The notes under the pieces: generated by a model | What the model saw: the letters and a program-made list of their open reading frames with translations, nothing else | What the model was told of the DNA's origin: nothing | The model's database searches: none | Position numbers and translations under genes: made by a program | In this document: piece after piece, positions 12,145 through 22,691 of the stretch | Layout of the letters: each line of letters opens with the position of its first letter | How positions within the stretch are numbered: the stretch's first letter is position 1 | From: an uncultured Chromatiaceae bacterium | GTDB lineage: Bacteria; Pseudomonadota; Gammaproteobacteria; SZUA-140 | Reading direction: 5' to 3' | Length of the DNA stretch: 64,000 nucleotides | Assembly (NCBI GenBank): GCA_964605155.1 | Contig: CAZSAK010000017.1 | Coordinates: 136-64,135 of the forward strand

Positions 12145-12407
12145 GTCAGGCTCCGGGCCCGTTTTCTCCCGGTTGACAGGCATGACGATAACGAAAATAT
12201 AATTAAGCTACACTTAAACAACCATTATTAGTCTATTAAATTTAAAAACAATAAATTATACGACTTGATCACCATAATTGTTCGCGCTCATTCCCGGCTC
12301 TGGTTCAATATTATATATATGGCGCATGTGTACCTTAATTGTATCAACAGCGGATGTGAGGTAGTGACATACAACTACATCATGGGTAACAGGATATTTT
12401 AACAGAC

Positions 12408-14966
12408 ATGTCAGGCACAAGCTTTACACTCGAGATCCGGCCTGTCATACCTGCGCGCTTAAAGCGTCTGGACGACCTCGCCAATGATCTGTTATACAGC
12501 TGGGACAGCCAGGTCAGGAGCCTGTTCCAACGGCTTGATCCCGAATTGTGGAACACCTGTGGCCACAATCCGAAGGTGTTCCTGCGCCGCATCTCGCAGC
12601 ACAAACTCGAACTAGCCGAAAAAGACCGTGTCTACATACAAGACTATAATCGGGTTTTATCGGTCTATGACACCTATCTCGAAGACAAGATAAAACCGGA
12701 AATCGATCAGCTGCTCGATGCCGACCAGGACCTGATAGCCTATTTCTGCGCCGAATTCGGTTTTCATGAAAGTTTTCCAATATATTCCGGTGGCCTCGGG
12801 ATATTGGCCGGTGATCATTGCAAGGCCGCCAGCGATCTGAGTTTACCGTTTGTCGCAGTCGGTCTGTTATACAGGCAGGGTTATTTTAACCAGACCATCG
12901 ATGGTAACGGCAATCAGGTGGCACATTACTTCCAGACCGACTCGGCCGACCTGCCCATAGTTGCGGCAACCGATACCGACGGCAAGGAAATCCGTGTCCG
13001 GGTTGATTTGCCCGACAGTTCTGTTGAATTAAAGGTATGGAAAGCCAAGGCGGGACATATCACCCTCTATCTGCTGGACACCGACCTGCCGGAGAACGAC
13101 GAGACCCTTAGAGGTATCACATACCAGCTCTATGGCGGTGATATCGACACCCGTATACAGCAGGAGATCGTGTTGGGAATCGGTGGCGTTCGTGCCTTGC
13201 GTGCCGTCGGCTGCACCCCCACGATCTGGCACATCAATGAAGGACATGCTGCATTCCAGATCCTGGAGCGCTGTCGCGAATATGTACAAAACGGTCTTGA
13301 CTTCCATACCGCACTCGAAATCGTCGCCGCGGCCACGGTATTTACCACCCATACACCGGTACCAGCAGGCCATGATATTTTCGAACACAAACATATAAGC
13401 TCCTATTTCGATAAATTTGTAGCTGCGCTCGGGATTGAGATAAAGCAATTTCTGGATCTGGGCCACTATCCCGGCAGCGAAAAAAGCTTCAATATGACCG
13501 CCCTCGCCATGCGTACATCCCGTTTTCACAATGGGGTCAGCCGTATTCATGGCGGAGTGGCTTCCCACATGGAAGGATATGTCTGGCCCGAGGTCCCCCC
13601 CAATGAAAATCCGATCGGTTATGTCACCAACGGTGTACATGTCCCGACGTTCCTGGCGCGTGAATGGGTAAGTCTGTTCGATATCCATTTTGGCGGTGGT
13701 TGGCGCAATGAACTCCTCAATGAGGATTTCTGGCAAAACCTCGACGACATACCCGACCACAGTTTCTGGAGCACGCGGCAGTCATTGAAGACGAAATTAT
13801 TCGAGGAGGTCTACAAACGTGTTGCGCAGCAATATCGTCGTAATGGGTGCAGCCCGACACAGATAGAACGTCTGACTCAGCATATCGCCTCACAGGACCC
13901 TGACATCCTTACCATAGGTTTTGCACGACGTTTTGCTACATACAAGCGGGCGTCACTGTTATTCTCCGATCCGGAACGTCTGGCACGACTTGTCAATGAT
14001 CCCGAACGCCCGCTGTTATTCATCTTTGCAGGCAAGGCCCATCCACATGATATTCCCGGACAACAGATGCTCAAGACCATTCATGAGTTTTCCCATCAAC
14101 CGGATTTCGAGGGCAAGATTATCCTTGTCGAGGGATACGATCTTGCCCTGGCCCGCAAACTGGTCACGGGTGTCGATGTCTGGTTGAACACTCCCCAGTA
14201 TCCTCTTGAGGCAAGTGGTACATCAGGTGAAAAGGCGGGTATCAACGGCGTAATCAATCTCAGTGTGCTGGATGGCTGGTGGGGGGAGGGCTTCAATGGC
14301 GAAAACGGCTGGGCGATTTCACCTCACGATGCGCATTTCGATGAAGCATTTCGTAACAGGGAAGAGGCCAATGAATTGCTGGATCTCCTCGAGTCTCAGG
14401 TCATAAGCCTGTACTATAACCGCAACGGTCACGGTTACTCCGATGAATGGGTAAAAAAATCCAAGAATTCCCTCAAATCCTTGATGCCAAGATTTAATTC
14501 ACAACGCATGGTGATGGATTATGTGCGGCAGTATTATTCCAGGGCAAAGCAACAATTCGGCACCCTGTGCGGTAACAAGTATAATCCTGCAAAAGAACTG
14601 GCCAGCTGGAAAAAGGCTGTTGCCAAGTCCTGGCAGAAGGTGTCTATCCGTCGCCTTGATTCATCGCCCACGGCCATCAAGGCTGGAGACACGCTGCCGA
14701 TCGAGATCGCTGTTGATCTCAATGGCCTGCAGCCCGGGGACATCTTCGCAGAATGCCTGGTGGGAACAGAATCGGAAATAAACGAGTTTGTCGTCAACGA
14801 TGTGTATCAAATGGAGGCCGTCGGCATGACAAGTTCTGGTGAAACACACTTCAAACTGGAATTGCGTTCACCCCTGCCCGGCCTGCAAAAATACAAGATC
14901 CGCATCTATCCCTATCACAAACTCCTCAGCCGACGTTTCGAAACGGGATTCATGCGCTGGCTATAA
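12408..14966 (+). CDS. glgP: Alpha-glucan (glycogen) phosphorylase
   Basis: YSGGLGILAGDH, HINEGHA, GFARRFATYKR, EASGTSGEK PLP-lysine motif. Confidence 0.95.
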   Translation: MSGTSFTLEIRPVIPARLKRLDDLANDLLYSWDSQVRSLFQRLDPELWNTCGHNPKVFLRRISQHKLELAEKDRVYIQDYNRVLSVYDTYLEDKIKPEIDQLLDADQDLIAYFCAEFGFHESFPIYSGGLGILAGDHCKAASDLSLPFVAVGLLYRQGYFNQTIDGNGNQVAHYFQTDSADLPIVAATDTDGKEIRVRVDLPDSSVELKVWKAKAGHITLYLLDTDLPENDETLRGITYQLYGGDIDTRIQQEIVLGIGGVRALRAVGCTPTIWHINEGHAAFQILERCREYVQNGLDFHTALEIVAAATVFTTHTPVPAGHDIFEHKHISSYFDKFVAALGIEIKQFLDLGHYPGSEKSFNMTALAMRTSRFHNGVSRIHGGVASHMEGYVWPEVPPNENPIGYVTNGVHVPTFLAREWVSLFDIHFGGGWRNELLNEDFWQNLDDIPDHSFWSTRQSLKTKLFEEVYKRVAQQYRRNGCSPTQIERLTQHIASQDPDILTIGFARRFATYKRASLLFSDPERLARLVNDPERPLLFIFAGKAHPHDIPGQQMLKTIHEFSHQPDFEGKIILVEGYDLALARKLVTGVDVWLNTPQYPLEASGTSGEKAGINGVINLSVLDGWWGEGFNGENGWAISPHDAHFDEAFRNREEANELLDLLESQVISLYYNRNGHGYSDEWVKKSKNSLKSLMPRFNSQRMVMDYVRQYYSRAKQQFGTLCGNKYNPAKELASWKKAVAKSWQKVSIRRLDSSPTAIKAGDTLPIEIAVDLNGLQPGDIFAECLVGTESEINEFVVNDVYQMEAVGMTSSGETHFKLELRSPLPGLQKYKIRIYPYHKLLSRRFETGFMRWL

Positions 14967-14999
14967 AAACCGCGGGCGGTAAAACTTCCCGGCTCGATA

Positions 15000-16493
15000 T
15001 CAGCTTATACGGCCATATAAATGTGTGTAGTGCCGCAGGCGTTCGTCTGCACCCGAAGGTAATTGCTCCCACTGGAAACGCCATTGCCAGTTGTCACTCA
15101 TTGTCCCGGGCGTATTCATGCGGAATTCGCTGCCCAGCATAAGAATATCCTGCATCGGAACAATCGCCATTCTGGCCACCGATGCGTGCGCGCAGCGAAT
15201 CATCGGCCAAGGCATCTCTTCGTCCACATTACCGAGGTAATCATCTACGTAGCGACGTGTGTTGTCGGATAACTGCTTGTACCATCCCAGGGTTGTGTCA
15301 TTGTCATGAGTACCCGTATATACAACTGTATTTTGCCCATGATTGTGCGGCAGATAAGGGTTGTGGCTGTCGCTGTCAAACGCAAATTGCAGGATACTCA
15401 TGCCGGGCAGATGATATCTTTCCCGCAGCGCCTTGACTTCAGGCGTAATCAGTCCCAGATCCTCGGCTACGAGGGGCAACTCCCCGAACGACTTGTATAG
15501 TGACTGAAATAATTCGTCTCCGGGGGCCCTGACCCAATGTCCTCCCCTGGCATCCATGTCTCCTGCCGGAATCTCCCAATAGGACTCGAAACCTCGAAAA
15601 TGATCGACACGGATAAAATCGAAATATTTCAGTTGCGTTTTGATGCGATCCTTCCACCATTGGAAATCGTCATCCTGCATAACCTCCCAGCGATAATGGG
15701 GATTGCCCCAGCGCTGGCCGGTGGCAGAAAAATAATCGGGCGGAACGCCTGTCACGATGGTCGGTTTCCCGTTTTCATCGAGTGCAAAATAATGTCGGTT
15801 TGTCCATACATCAGCGCTGTCGTAGTCGACAAAGATTGGCAAATCGCCGAACATCAAAATGCCATGGTTATTTGCATAGGCCTTGAGCGTGCTCCATTGC
15901 CTGAAGTATATAAACTGCTCGAAGAATATCTGATGAATCAGCTTATGCAGTCGGCTCTGTGCCTTTTTCAGTGCGGCCGCCTTTCTGTCCCGCAACTGCG
16001 GGGGCCAAAGTGACCAGTCCTTACCCTTGTTCTCTTTTCTTAAAGCCTGGTATAAGGCGTAATCCTGCAGCCAATGTTCCTCTGCCGTGATAAAGGCTTC
16101 CAGGGCGGCCTTATCTTCTTCCGTCGCTTTTTCACAAAAGCCATGGTAGGCGGATTCCAGAAGGTTGTAGCGAAATTGCTTGTGGTTCTCCTTACCGGTA
16201 GCTGGCGCGGATTCGAGCGCGTGCGTATCCAGCCAACCTTGCTTGATCAGCTCCGCGGGACTGATCAGCAAATGATTACCTGCGTGTACCGAAAGACTCT
16301 GATAGGGGGAACCATGGAAATGTGTCGGTCCGAGTGGCAACATTTGCCATACTGTCTGACCGGTGGCATTGAGAAAATCTACAAAGCGATAGGCCTCCTC
16401 GCCCAGATCTCCATTACCCCACGGCCCCGGTAACGAAGTGGGATGCAGCAGAATCCCGGACCGTCGTCTGTTGAAGTAGTCTGAAGGGGTCAA
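15000..16493 (-). CDS. malQ: 4-alpha-glucanotransferase (GH77)
   Basis: GILLHPTSLP, GVPPDYFSATGQRWGNP, RVDHFRGF, AEDLG, YTGTHDNDT. Confidence 0.96.
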   Translation of the reverse strand: MTPSDYFNRRRSGILLHPTSLPGPWGNGDLGEEAYRFVDFLNATGQTVWQMLPLGPTHFHGSPYQSLSVHAGNHLLISPAELIKQGWLDTHALESAPATGKENHKQFRYNLLESAYHGFCEKATEEDKAALEAFITAEEHWLQDYALYQALRKENKGKDWSLWPPQLRDRKAAALKKAQSRLHKLIHQIFFEQFIYFRQWSTLKAYANNHGILMFGDLPIFVDYDSADVWTNRHYFALDENGKPTIVTGVPPDYFSATGQRWGNPHYRWEVMQDDDFQWWKDRIKTQLKYFDFIRVDHFRGFESYWEIPAGDMDARGGHWVRAPGDELFQSLYKSFGELPLVAEDLGLITPEVKALRERYHLPGMSILQFAFDSDSHNPYLPHNHGQNTVVYTGTHDNDTTLGWYKQLSDNTRRYVDDYLGNVDEEMPWPMIRCAHASVARMAIVPMQDILMLGSEFRMNTPGTMSDNWQWRFQWEQLPSGADERLRHYTHLYGRIS

Positions 16494-18205
16494 CTCGTTG
16501 CCATTTGCCCTGTACGCATAACACCTCCCTGTGCCGGGCTGCCACTGCCATGACTGACCACATGTGTCAGTGATTCGGGAGGCAGTTTACCTATCAAATG
16601 ATAGAGAGCGGATAGATGCAGCCGGAATAGATGTTCAAAATTACTGACACTTTCCGCTGGATTATAATCTCCAAACCACCAGAACCAGTCCGAACCCTCA
16701 CATACCGCCAGTTGCCTGTATGCCGCCTCGAGTTGCTCGCCTGATAATTGGCCGGCTGCCAGGACCGCATCAAAGGCCTGTTTTGCTTCACACAACAGGT
16801 CCCAGCCCCGGTTTTTGTCGACATCGCCAATCCATGTGGAGAATGTACCGTGCACCCAGCTACCGGCGACAAGCGATGGCATATCATGAACAACACCGGC
16901 ATTTTCAAGAAAATCCCCGAAAGTTGTCAGATTGATACGGGGATGTTCTGACAACCTTTTATAAAGGGCGGTAATAAAATGATAACCGTTTTCCGGATAG
17001 TATTCCCATGCATTCTCACCATCCAGGATGATCGATACCAGTCGATCATGGTCCCCGTTGTACCCCTCCGCGATGGTTTCGAGATGACTGATCAGATTAT
17101 TAACTGCATCATCGGCGTGCCAGGTGGAATAAGTGAAACCGATAAGATCCGACAATCCGTCATCCCGGAAAAAACAGGCAGGGCCCGTTTTCCTGACACG
17201 ATATACCCGGTGCAGTCCGACTTCCGGAACGACCGGTCCGGCGGATGCCGGCCTCGACAGACTGTTACGTAAAACATTCTCGCCGCTGGCGGCCCAGCTG
17301 AACCGATACCGGGTAAGCAACCTGAGAAATTCTGCACTGACGCCGCCCTCTGCGGGCCAGCAACCCCTGGGCTCAATGCCGAAATGACGTTTGAACACCT
17401 CTATACCTTTGCGAATATGCCACTCAGAGCGATCCTCGCCCCCTGGATAGGCGCTGGCGACCGGCAGTGTTACATCGGGCATCGCTTCACTTGCACTGTT
17501 GAAATCCAGCAGCAAAGGCAGCATGGCATGTGCATACGGCGTCATGGATAATTCTATCTGACCGTTTTCTGCCAACCTGCGGTAGCGGCCTATGATATTG
17601 GTGATGATTTCACCGATGACCTCCATCAGCGTGCGTCTGTCCTTGAGTGTAAACAGCTTGCCCTTCTCGATCAGCATCTGCACCCGTACATCATCCCGGC
17701 GCACCGTCTCACCCAGCCAGGCAAGGTGATACCACATCAGGATGTCAACCAGATAACCATCCTGAAAATAATCAATAACCTGCTGGTCCTCGATTACCAT
17801 GGACGCCAGCTTGGCCAGTTTCCTGTATGGCTGGTAACGGTTGATCAAACGCTGTTCGTTGGCGCGCAGACAGGCCTTGATGAGAGCGATGCGTTCTTCC
17901 CTGGTATTGGGCAAAGACGGCATTGCAAGGGCCGCCAATAAAGGATCCTTGATCTCCTTGCCCTGGGTAAGGTAGCCGTTTATCTGAAGCGCGTAATCCT
18001 CTATCTGCTCCAGCAGGATGGGAACGAAATTCACCACCGCGCGTGCCTTGGGTATCCTTTCCATGATCACCGCCATGTCATGGTAGTCCTTGATCGTGTG
18101 CAGATACGTCCAGGGCAAATGATAACGGCCGTTGATGGCATCACGGTATTCGGGCTGGTGCATATGCCAGCATAGAACAACATTCAAACGCTTGTTAACG
18201 CCCAC
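16490..18205 (-). CDS. Glycoside hydrolase family 57 (amylopullulanase-like)
   Basis: [14 protein letters not shown] nucleophile, ILDGENAWE acid/base, EGSDWFWW. Confidence 0.92.
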   Translation of the reverse strand: MGVNKRLNVVLCWHMHQPEYRDAINGRYHLPWTYLHTIKDYHDMAVIMERIPKARAVVNFVPILLEQIEDYALQINGYLTQGKEIKDPLLAALAMPSLPNTREERIALIKACLRANEQRLINRYQPYRKLAKLASMVIEDQQVIDYFQDGYLVDILMWYHLAWLGETVRRDDVRVQMLIEKGKLFTLKDRRTLMEVIGEIITNIIGRYRRLAENGQIELSMTPYAHAMLPLLLDFNSASEAMPDVTLPVASAYPGGEDRSEWHIRKGIEVFKRHFGIEPRGCWPAEGGVSAEFLRLLTRYRFSWAASGENVLRNSLSRPASAGPVVPEVGLHRVYRVRKTGPACFFRDDGLSDLIGFTYSTWHADDAVNNLISHLETIAEGYNGDHDRLVSIILDGENAWEYYPENGYHFITALYKRLSEHPRINLTTFGDFLENAGVVHDMPSLVAGSWVHGTFSTWIGDVDKNRGWDLLCEAKQAFDAVLAAGQLSGEQLEAAYRQLAVCEGSDWFWWFGDYNPAESVSNFEHLFRLHLSALYHLIGKLPPESLTHVVSHGSGSPAQGGVMRTGQMATS

Positions 18206-19472
18206 GATGATACTCCTGTCCCAGCATATCCGGAGTTATCAGTATTACGCCACCGGGGCTGATGTAGAAACGTTTGGCATCTTCTTCCGGGTTTTCTCCG
18301 ATGACCGTACTATCCGGTATACGGCAACCCTTGTCTACCACGACCTTGGTCAGGCGGCAATGTTCACCGATTTCAACATCAGGCAGGACGACACAATCGA
18401 CGAGTTTTGAAAAAGACTGTACATAGACATTGGAAAACAGCAGTGAACGCTGGATGGAAGCCCCGGATATAATACATCCTCCCGATACCATGGAATCGAC
18501 GGCCATCCCCCTTCTATCATTGTCATCAAAGATAAATTTTGCCGGTGGTAACTGGGCCTGATAGGTCCATATCGGCCATTCATCATCGTAAAGATTCAAC
18601 TCCGGCGTCACGCCGATCAATTCAATATTGGCCTGCCAAAAAGCATCAACCGTACCTACATCACGCCAGTATGCCTGAACGCCGGTATCCGCCTCGCGGA
18701 ATGGATAGGCATAGACCCTGTATCTATTGATCACGGAGGGGATAATATCCTTCCCGAAATCATGGCTGGAGGAAGTATCATCGGCGTCCTTGATCAATTG
18801 CTCGTAGAGGAACTGGCTGTTGAATATATAGATCCCCATTGACGCCAAAGCGAGATCATCCTTCCCCGGCATGGGCTGTGGTTGCTCAGGTTTCTCGGCG
18901 AAATCCAGCACGTAACTGTTATTATCGACGGACATCACTCCGAATGCCCTTGCCTGTTCCAGTGGAACCTCGATGCAACCAACCGTCATATCCGCTTTGG
19001 TTTCGACATGGCAGGCCAGCATCGGACCATAGTCCATCTTGTATATATGATCACCCGCCAGGATCAATACATATGATGGATCATAACTGCGCAGGATATC
19101 GATATTCTGGAATACGGCATCGGCCGTACCTGTATACCACGAAGTGGCAATCCTCTGTTGCGCCGGTACCAGTTCGACAAACTCACCCAGTTCCGCGCGC
19201 AGAAAATTCCATCCTTTTTGAATATGACGTATCAGGGAATGCGACTTGTACTGCGTCAGGACCGCAATCCTGCGAATACCCGAATTGACGCAATTTGACA
19301 AGGGGAAATCGATGATACGAAACTTGCCACCGAAAGGTACCGCGGGCTTGGCACGCCATTGCGTTAGATGTTTGAGGCGTGAACCGCGTCCGCCCGCAAG
19401 AATAAGGGCAATGGTATCTCTCGTTAATCGGCTAACAAAACGTGCAGAGTGGTCTCCTTCTGCCTTGCTCAC
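18195..19472 (-). CDS. glgC: Glucose-1-phosphate adenylyltransferase
   Basis: [40 protein letters not shown]. Confidence 0.97.
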   Translation of the reverse strand: MSKAEGDHSARFVSRLTRDTIALILAGGRGSRLKHLTQWRAKPAVPFGGKFRIIDFPLSNCVNSGIRRIAVLTQYKSHSLIRHIQKGWNFLRAELGEFVELVPAQQRIATSWYTGTADAVFQNIDILRSYDPSYVLILAGDHIYKMDYGPMLACHVETKADMTVGCIEVPLEQARAFGVMSVDNNSYVLDFAEKPEQPQPMPGKDDLALASMGIYIFNSQFLYEQLIKDADDTSSSHDFGKDIIPSVINRYRVYAYPFREADTGVQAYWRDVGTVDAFWQANIELIGVTPELNLYDDEWPIWTYQAQLPPAKFIFDDNDRRGMAVDSMVSGGCIISGASIQRSLLFSNVYVQSFSKLVDCVVLPDVEIGEHCRLTKVVVDKGCRIPDSTVIGENPEEDAKRFYISPGGVILITPDMLGQEYHRGR

Positions 19473-19710
19473 TCTTTCATAACCTCCGCGTGCCTGTCAT
19501 TTCACGAGGCACGATGTGTGACTCCCGGGTTCCGTCAATAAATGACAAATATTGAAGTAAATTATCTAGTTATAAATGGAAAACAGCGGATATACGCCAA
19601 TTCCGTCGGACTCGTGGTCTGTTTAGATTATGTTATCATTATTTTTAACCGATGGGCGATAGCCATATTATGCGTTTATTAAAAAATATAACAGCCAATG
19701 GTAAGCTGAA

Positions 19711-21921
19711 ATGACAAAATTAGCGGTTACTCAGGATTCCTCGACCACTAGCTCACTCACATCCGACGCGCAACTGATTATCCAGGCGCGTCACCACGAC
19801 CCCTTTGCCTACCTCGGCAAACACCCGCGGGACGGCGGCATCGTCGTGCGCGCATACATTCCGGGTGCCAGTCACATCACCATTGCAGATGGCAATCATT
19901 CCATGCAACGGCTGGAAAATACCGACCTGTTCGAATGGCAAGGCAAGGCTGAACAGATACCTGACCGTTATCAATTACAATGGACGGATCGCTGGGGCAA
20001 CACCCATACCGCGTATGACCCTTATACTCTTCCGCCACAAATCCCTGATTTTGACATTCACCTGTTTGGAGAGGGCAGACATCAACATGCCTACAGGATC
20101 CTCGGCGCCAATCCGCGAATTATCGACGGTATCCCGGGGGTATTGTTTGCAACCTGGGCCCCCAATGCAGAGCGGGTGAGCGTCGTGGGTGATTTCAACG
20201 ACTGGGACGGTCGTCGCCATCCCATGCGTGCGCGCGGCGGCAGCGGCATCTGGGAATTATTTATCCCCGGTATCCAGACAGGGGCCTTGTACAAATTTGA
20301 AATCCGCAACCGGAACTCGGGGGATATTTTCATCAAATCCGATCCCTATGCACGCAGCTTCGAGTTGCGCCCCAGCACCGCCTCGATCATAACAGACGAA
20401 TCAGGCTATGACTGGGAGGATGCGCACTGGATACAACAACGCTCTCACGCTGATTGGCTGCACCGGCCAATGTCGATCTATGAAGTGCATCTTGGATCCT
20501 GGCAGCGTGATGATAACGGAAATTTTCTTAATTACCGTGAGCTTGCCAGGCGCCTGGTGGAGTATATACGCAATCTCGGCTTTACCCATATCGAACTGTT
20601 GCCGGTTACCGAACATCCACTGGACGCATCCTGGGGCTACCAGACCACCGGCTATTTTGCCGCAACCAGCCGCTTCGGCGATCCGGATGACTTCAGATTC
20701 TTTGTGGATTACTGCCATCAAAACAATATCGGGGTTATCCTTGACTGGGTTCCCGGTCATTTTCCCAAGGATGCGTATGCGCTTGCCCGGTTTGACGGTT
20801 CAGCGCTCTATGAACATGAGGACCCACGCCGGGGCGAGCACCGTGACTGGGGAACCCTGATCTTCAATTACGGTCGCAACGAGGTCAGGAACTTTCTGAT
20901 ATCCAACGCGCTCTTCTGGCTCGAAGAGTTCCATATCGACGGATTGCGGGTCGACGCAGTTGCCTCCATGCTCTACCTGGATTATTCACGCAAGGAAGGC
21001 GACTGGGCTCCGAATATCTATGGCGGAAATGAAAACCTCGAGGCCATTGACTTTATCCGCCAACTCAATGAACTCACCCACACGCTGCAACCGGGCACCA
21101 TGATCATGGCCGAGGAAAGCACGGCGTGGCCGATGGTCTCGCGCCCGGTATGGCTTGGCGGTCTGGGCTTCAGTATGAAATGGAACATGGGTTGGATGCA
21201 CGACACACTCGAGTATATGAGCAAGGATCCTGTGCACAGACATTATCATCACGATATGCTGACATTCAGCCAGCTGTATGCCTTTACTGAAAATTTCATT
21301 TTGCCGTTCTCCCACGATGAAGTCGTGCATGGTAAAAGCTCGATGATCTACAAGATGCCGGGGGACGAGTGGCAACGGTTTGCCAACTTGCGATTGCTGT
21401 ATACCTATATGTTTACCCATCCGGGTAAAAAACTGCTGTTTATGGGTTGCGAATTCGGACAGGGAAAGGAATGGGACCACGCCACTATTCTTGACTGGTA
21501 TGTACTCGATTATCCGTTACACCAGGGCGTACTTGACCTGGTGGGCAGTCTTAACCGCCTGTATCGCGAATCAAGCGCCCTGCATCATTATGATTTCGAA
21601 CAACAGGGCTTTGAATGGATCGATTGCCATGACTCCTCGCAGTCGGTTCTGACGTACCTGCGCCGCAGCGATGACGAAACCATGATTATCGCACTCAACT
21701 TCACCCCTGTGCCCCGTTATAACTATCGCGTAGGTATTCCGCAGGAGGGTGAATACGAAGAGGTGATGAATTCCGATTCAGTCTATTACGGTGGCAGCAA
21801 CGTCGGTAATGCCCATACGATTCTCGCCGAAACCATACCCTGGATGAACCGGCCATTTTCCATTAACATCACGCTGCCACCGCTGGCGGGTGTCGTCTTC
21901 AGGGCACCCACTCAGGGTTAA
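19711..21921 (+). CDS. glgB: 1,4-alpha-glucan branching enzyme
   Basis: [38 protein letters not shown]. Confidence 0.97.
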   Translation: MTKLAVTQDSSTTSSLTSDAQLIIQARHHDPFAYLGKHPRDGGIVVRAYIPGASHITIADGNHSMQRLENTDLFEWQGKAEQIPDRYQLQWTDRWGNTHTAYDPYTLPPQIPDFDIHLFGEGRHQHAYRILGANPRIIDGIPGVLFATWAPNAERVSVVGDFNDWDGRRHPMRARGGSGIWELFIPGIQTGALYKFEIRNRNSGDIFIKSDPYARSFELRPSTASIITDESGYDWEDAHWIQQRSHADWLHRPMSIYEVHLGSWQRDDNGNFLNYRELARRLVEYIRNLGFTHIELLPVTEHPLDASWGYQTTGYFAATSRFGDPDDFRFFVDYCHQNNIGVILDWVPGHFPKDAYALARFDGSALYEHEDPRRGEHRDWGTLIFNYGRNEVRNFLISNALFWLEEFHIDGLRVDAVASMLYLDYSRKEGDWAPNIYGGNENLEAIDFIRQLNELTHTLQPGTMIMAEESTAWPMVSRPVWLGGLGFSMKWNMGWMHDTLEYMSKDPVHRHYHHDMLTFSQLYAFTENFILPFSHDEVVHGKSSMIYKMPGDEWQRFANLRLLYTYMFTHPGKKLLFMGCEFGQGKEWDHATILDWYVLDYPLHQGVLDLVGSLNRLYRESSALHHYDFEQQGFEWIDCHDSSQSVLTYLRRSDDETMIIALNFTPVPRYNYRVGIPQEGEYEEVMNSDSVYYGGSNVGNAHTILAETIPWMNRPFSINITLPPLAGVVFRAPTQG

Positions 21922-21926
21922 GCTGA

Positions 21927-22685
21927 TTATTTCAGGATTAATCCGGCTGCAACAAACATCATGCACATCACAACGGGAAGCAGCCACTGTAAGACCGCGG
22001 GCGCATTACAACCGTAAATGGTGACGGAATTGACAGGCATATTCTCTGCATGATGGGTCACATTATGGAACACACCGGCGGCAAAATCACCGATATCATC
22101 AAGCGACCTCACACGCCCCCTGACTTCGGCGAATGCATCCTTGACGACTTCCTGTACTTCTCCGATCATTTCAAGTACCAGGGCAATGCGTATCGATAAC
22201 CGCTCCCGCGATATACCCAATATGCGTAACGGGAATGCGAGCCAGTAGAGAGCCATGACCAATTGCTGTCGCGAAGTGCAACGCAGTAACAGGTTGACTG
22301 CCATCAGGATCAATGACAGTGACGTTGCGCGCATTAGCCCTGAAACAATACCCTCAGTGGTCGGCAACCATGATGCATAGGGGGTAAAAGGAAACGCCAC
22401 CGCCTGGCCGGGTGTCAGCCATGAGTAAATAATAAATATGGACAGGAAGAACCACCGCATTCTGCGGATCATTGCAAATGCCGATATTAGATAGACAGGC
22501 TTTGCCAGACAGTACAGGGTTACAAGCAACAAGACGCCGGTGATCAGTTGACTGTTGCCGGCGAGGGAGACAAACCCGGCGAATATCAGGAATATGACGA
22601 TCCGTATAACCGGGTGAACTTTATCAACAATCGTGGAATTGAAGTCCTGACCAGACTGCGCAACAGGTTGCATCATCAATGACAC
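21927..22685 (-). CDS. EcfT/CbiQ-like membrane protein (orphan ECF transmembrane component)
   Basis: HP at N-terminus, several TM helices, RRMRW, TS..QL..AL..L..PL..LG..R.S.R..L pattern typical of EcfT; start uncertain. Confidence 0.6.
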   Translation of the reverse strand: MSLMMQPVAQSGQDFNSTIVDKVHPVIRIVIFLIFAGFVSLAGNSQLITGVLLLVTLYCLAKPVYLISAFAMIRRMRWFFLSIFIIYSWLTPGQAVAFPFTPYASWLPTTEGIVSGLMRATSLSLILMAVNLLLRCTSRQQLVMALYWLAFPLRILGISRERLSIRIALVLEMIGEVQEVVKDAFAEVRGRVRSLDDIGDFAAGVFHNVTHHAENMPVNSVTIYGCNAPAVLQWLLPVVMCMMFVAAGLILK

Positions 22686-22691
22686 TTGCGG

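Noticed and set aside
12058-12400. Genomic island integrated at tRNA-Leu
   Set aside because: No integrase and no duplicated tRNA 3' end noticed in the window
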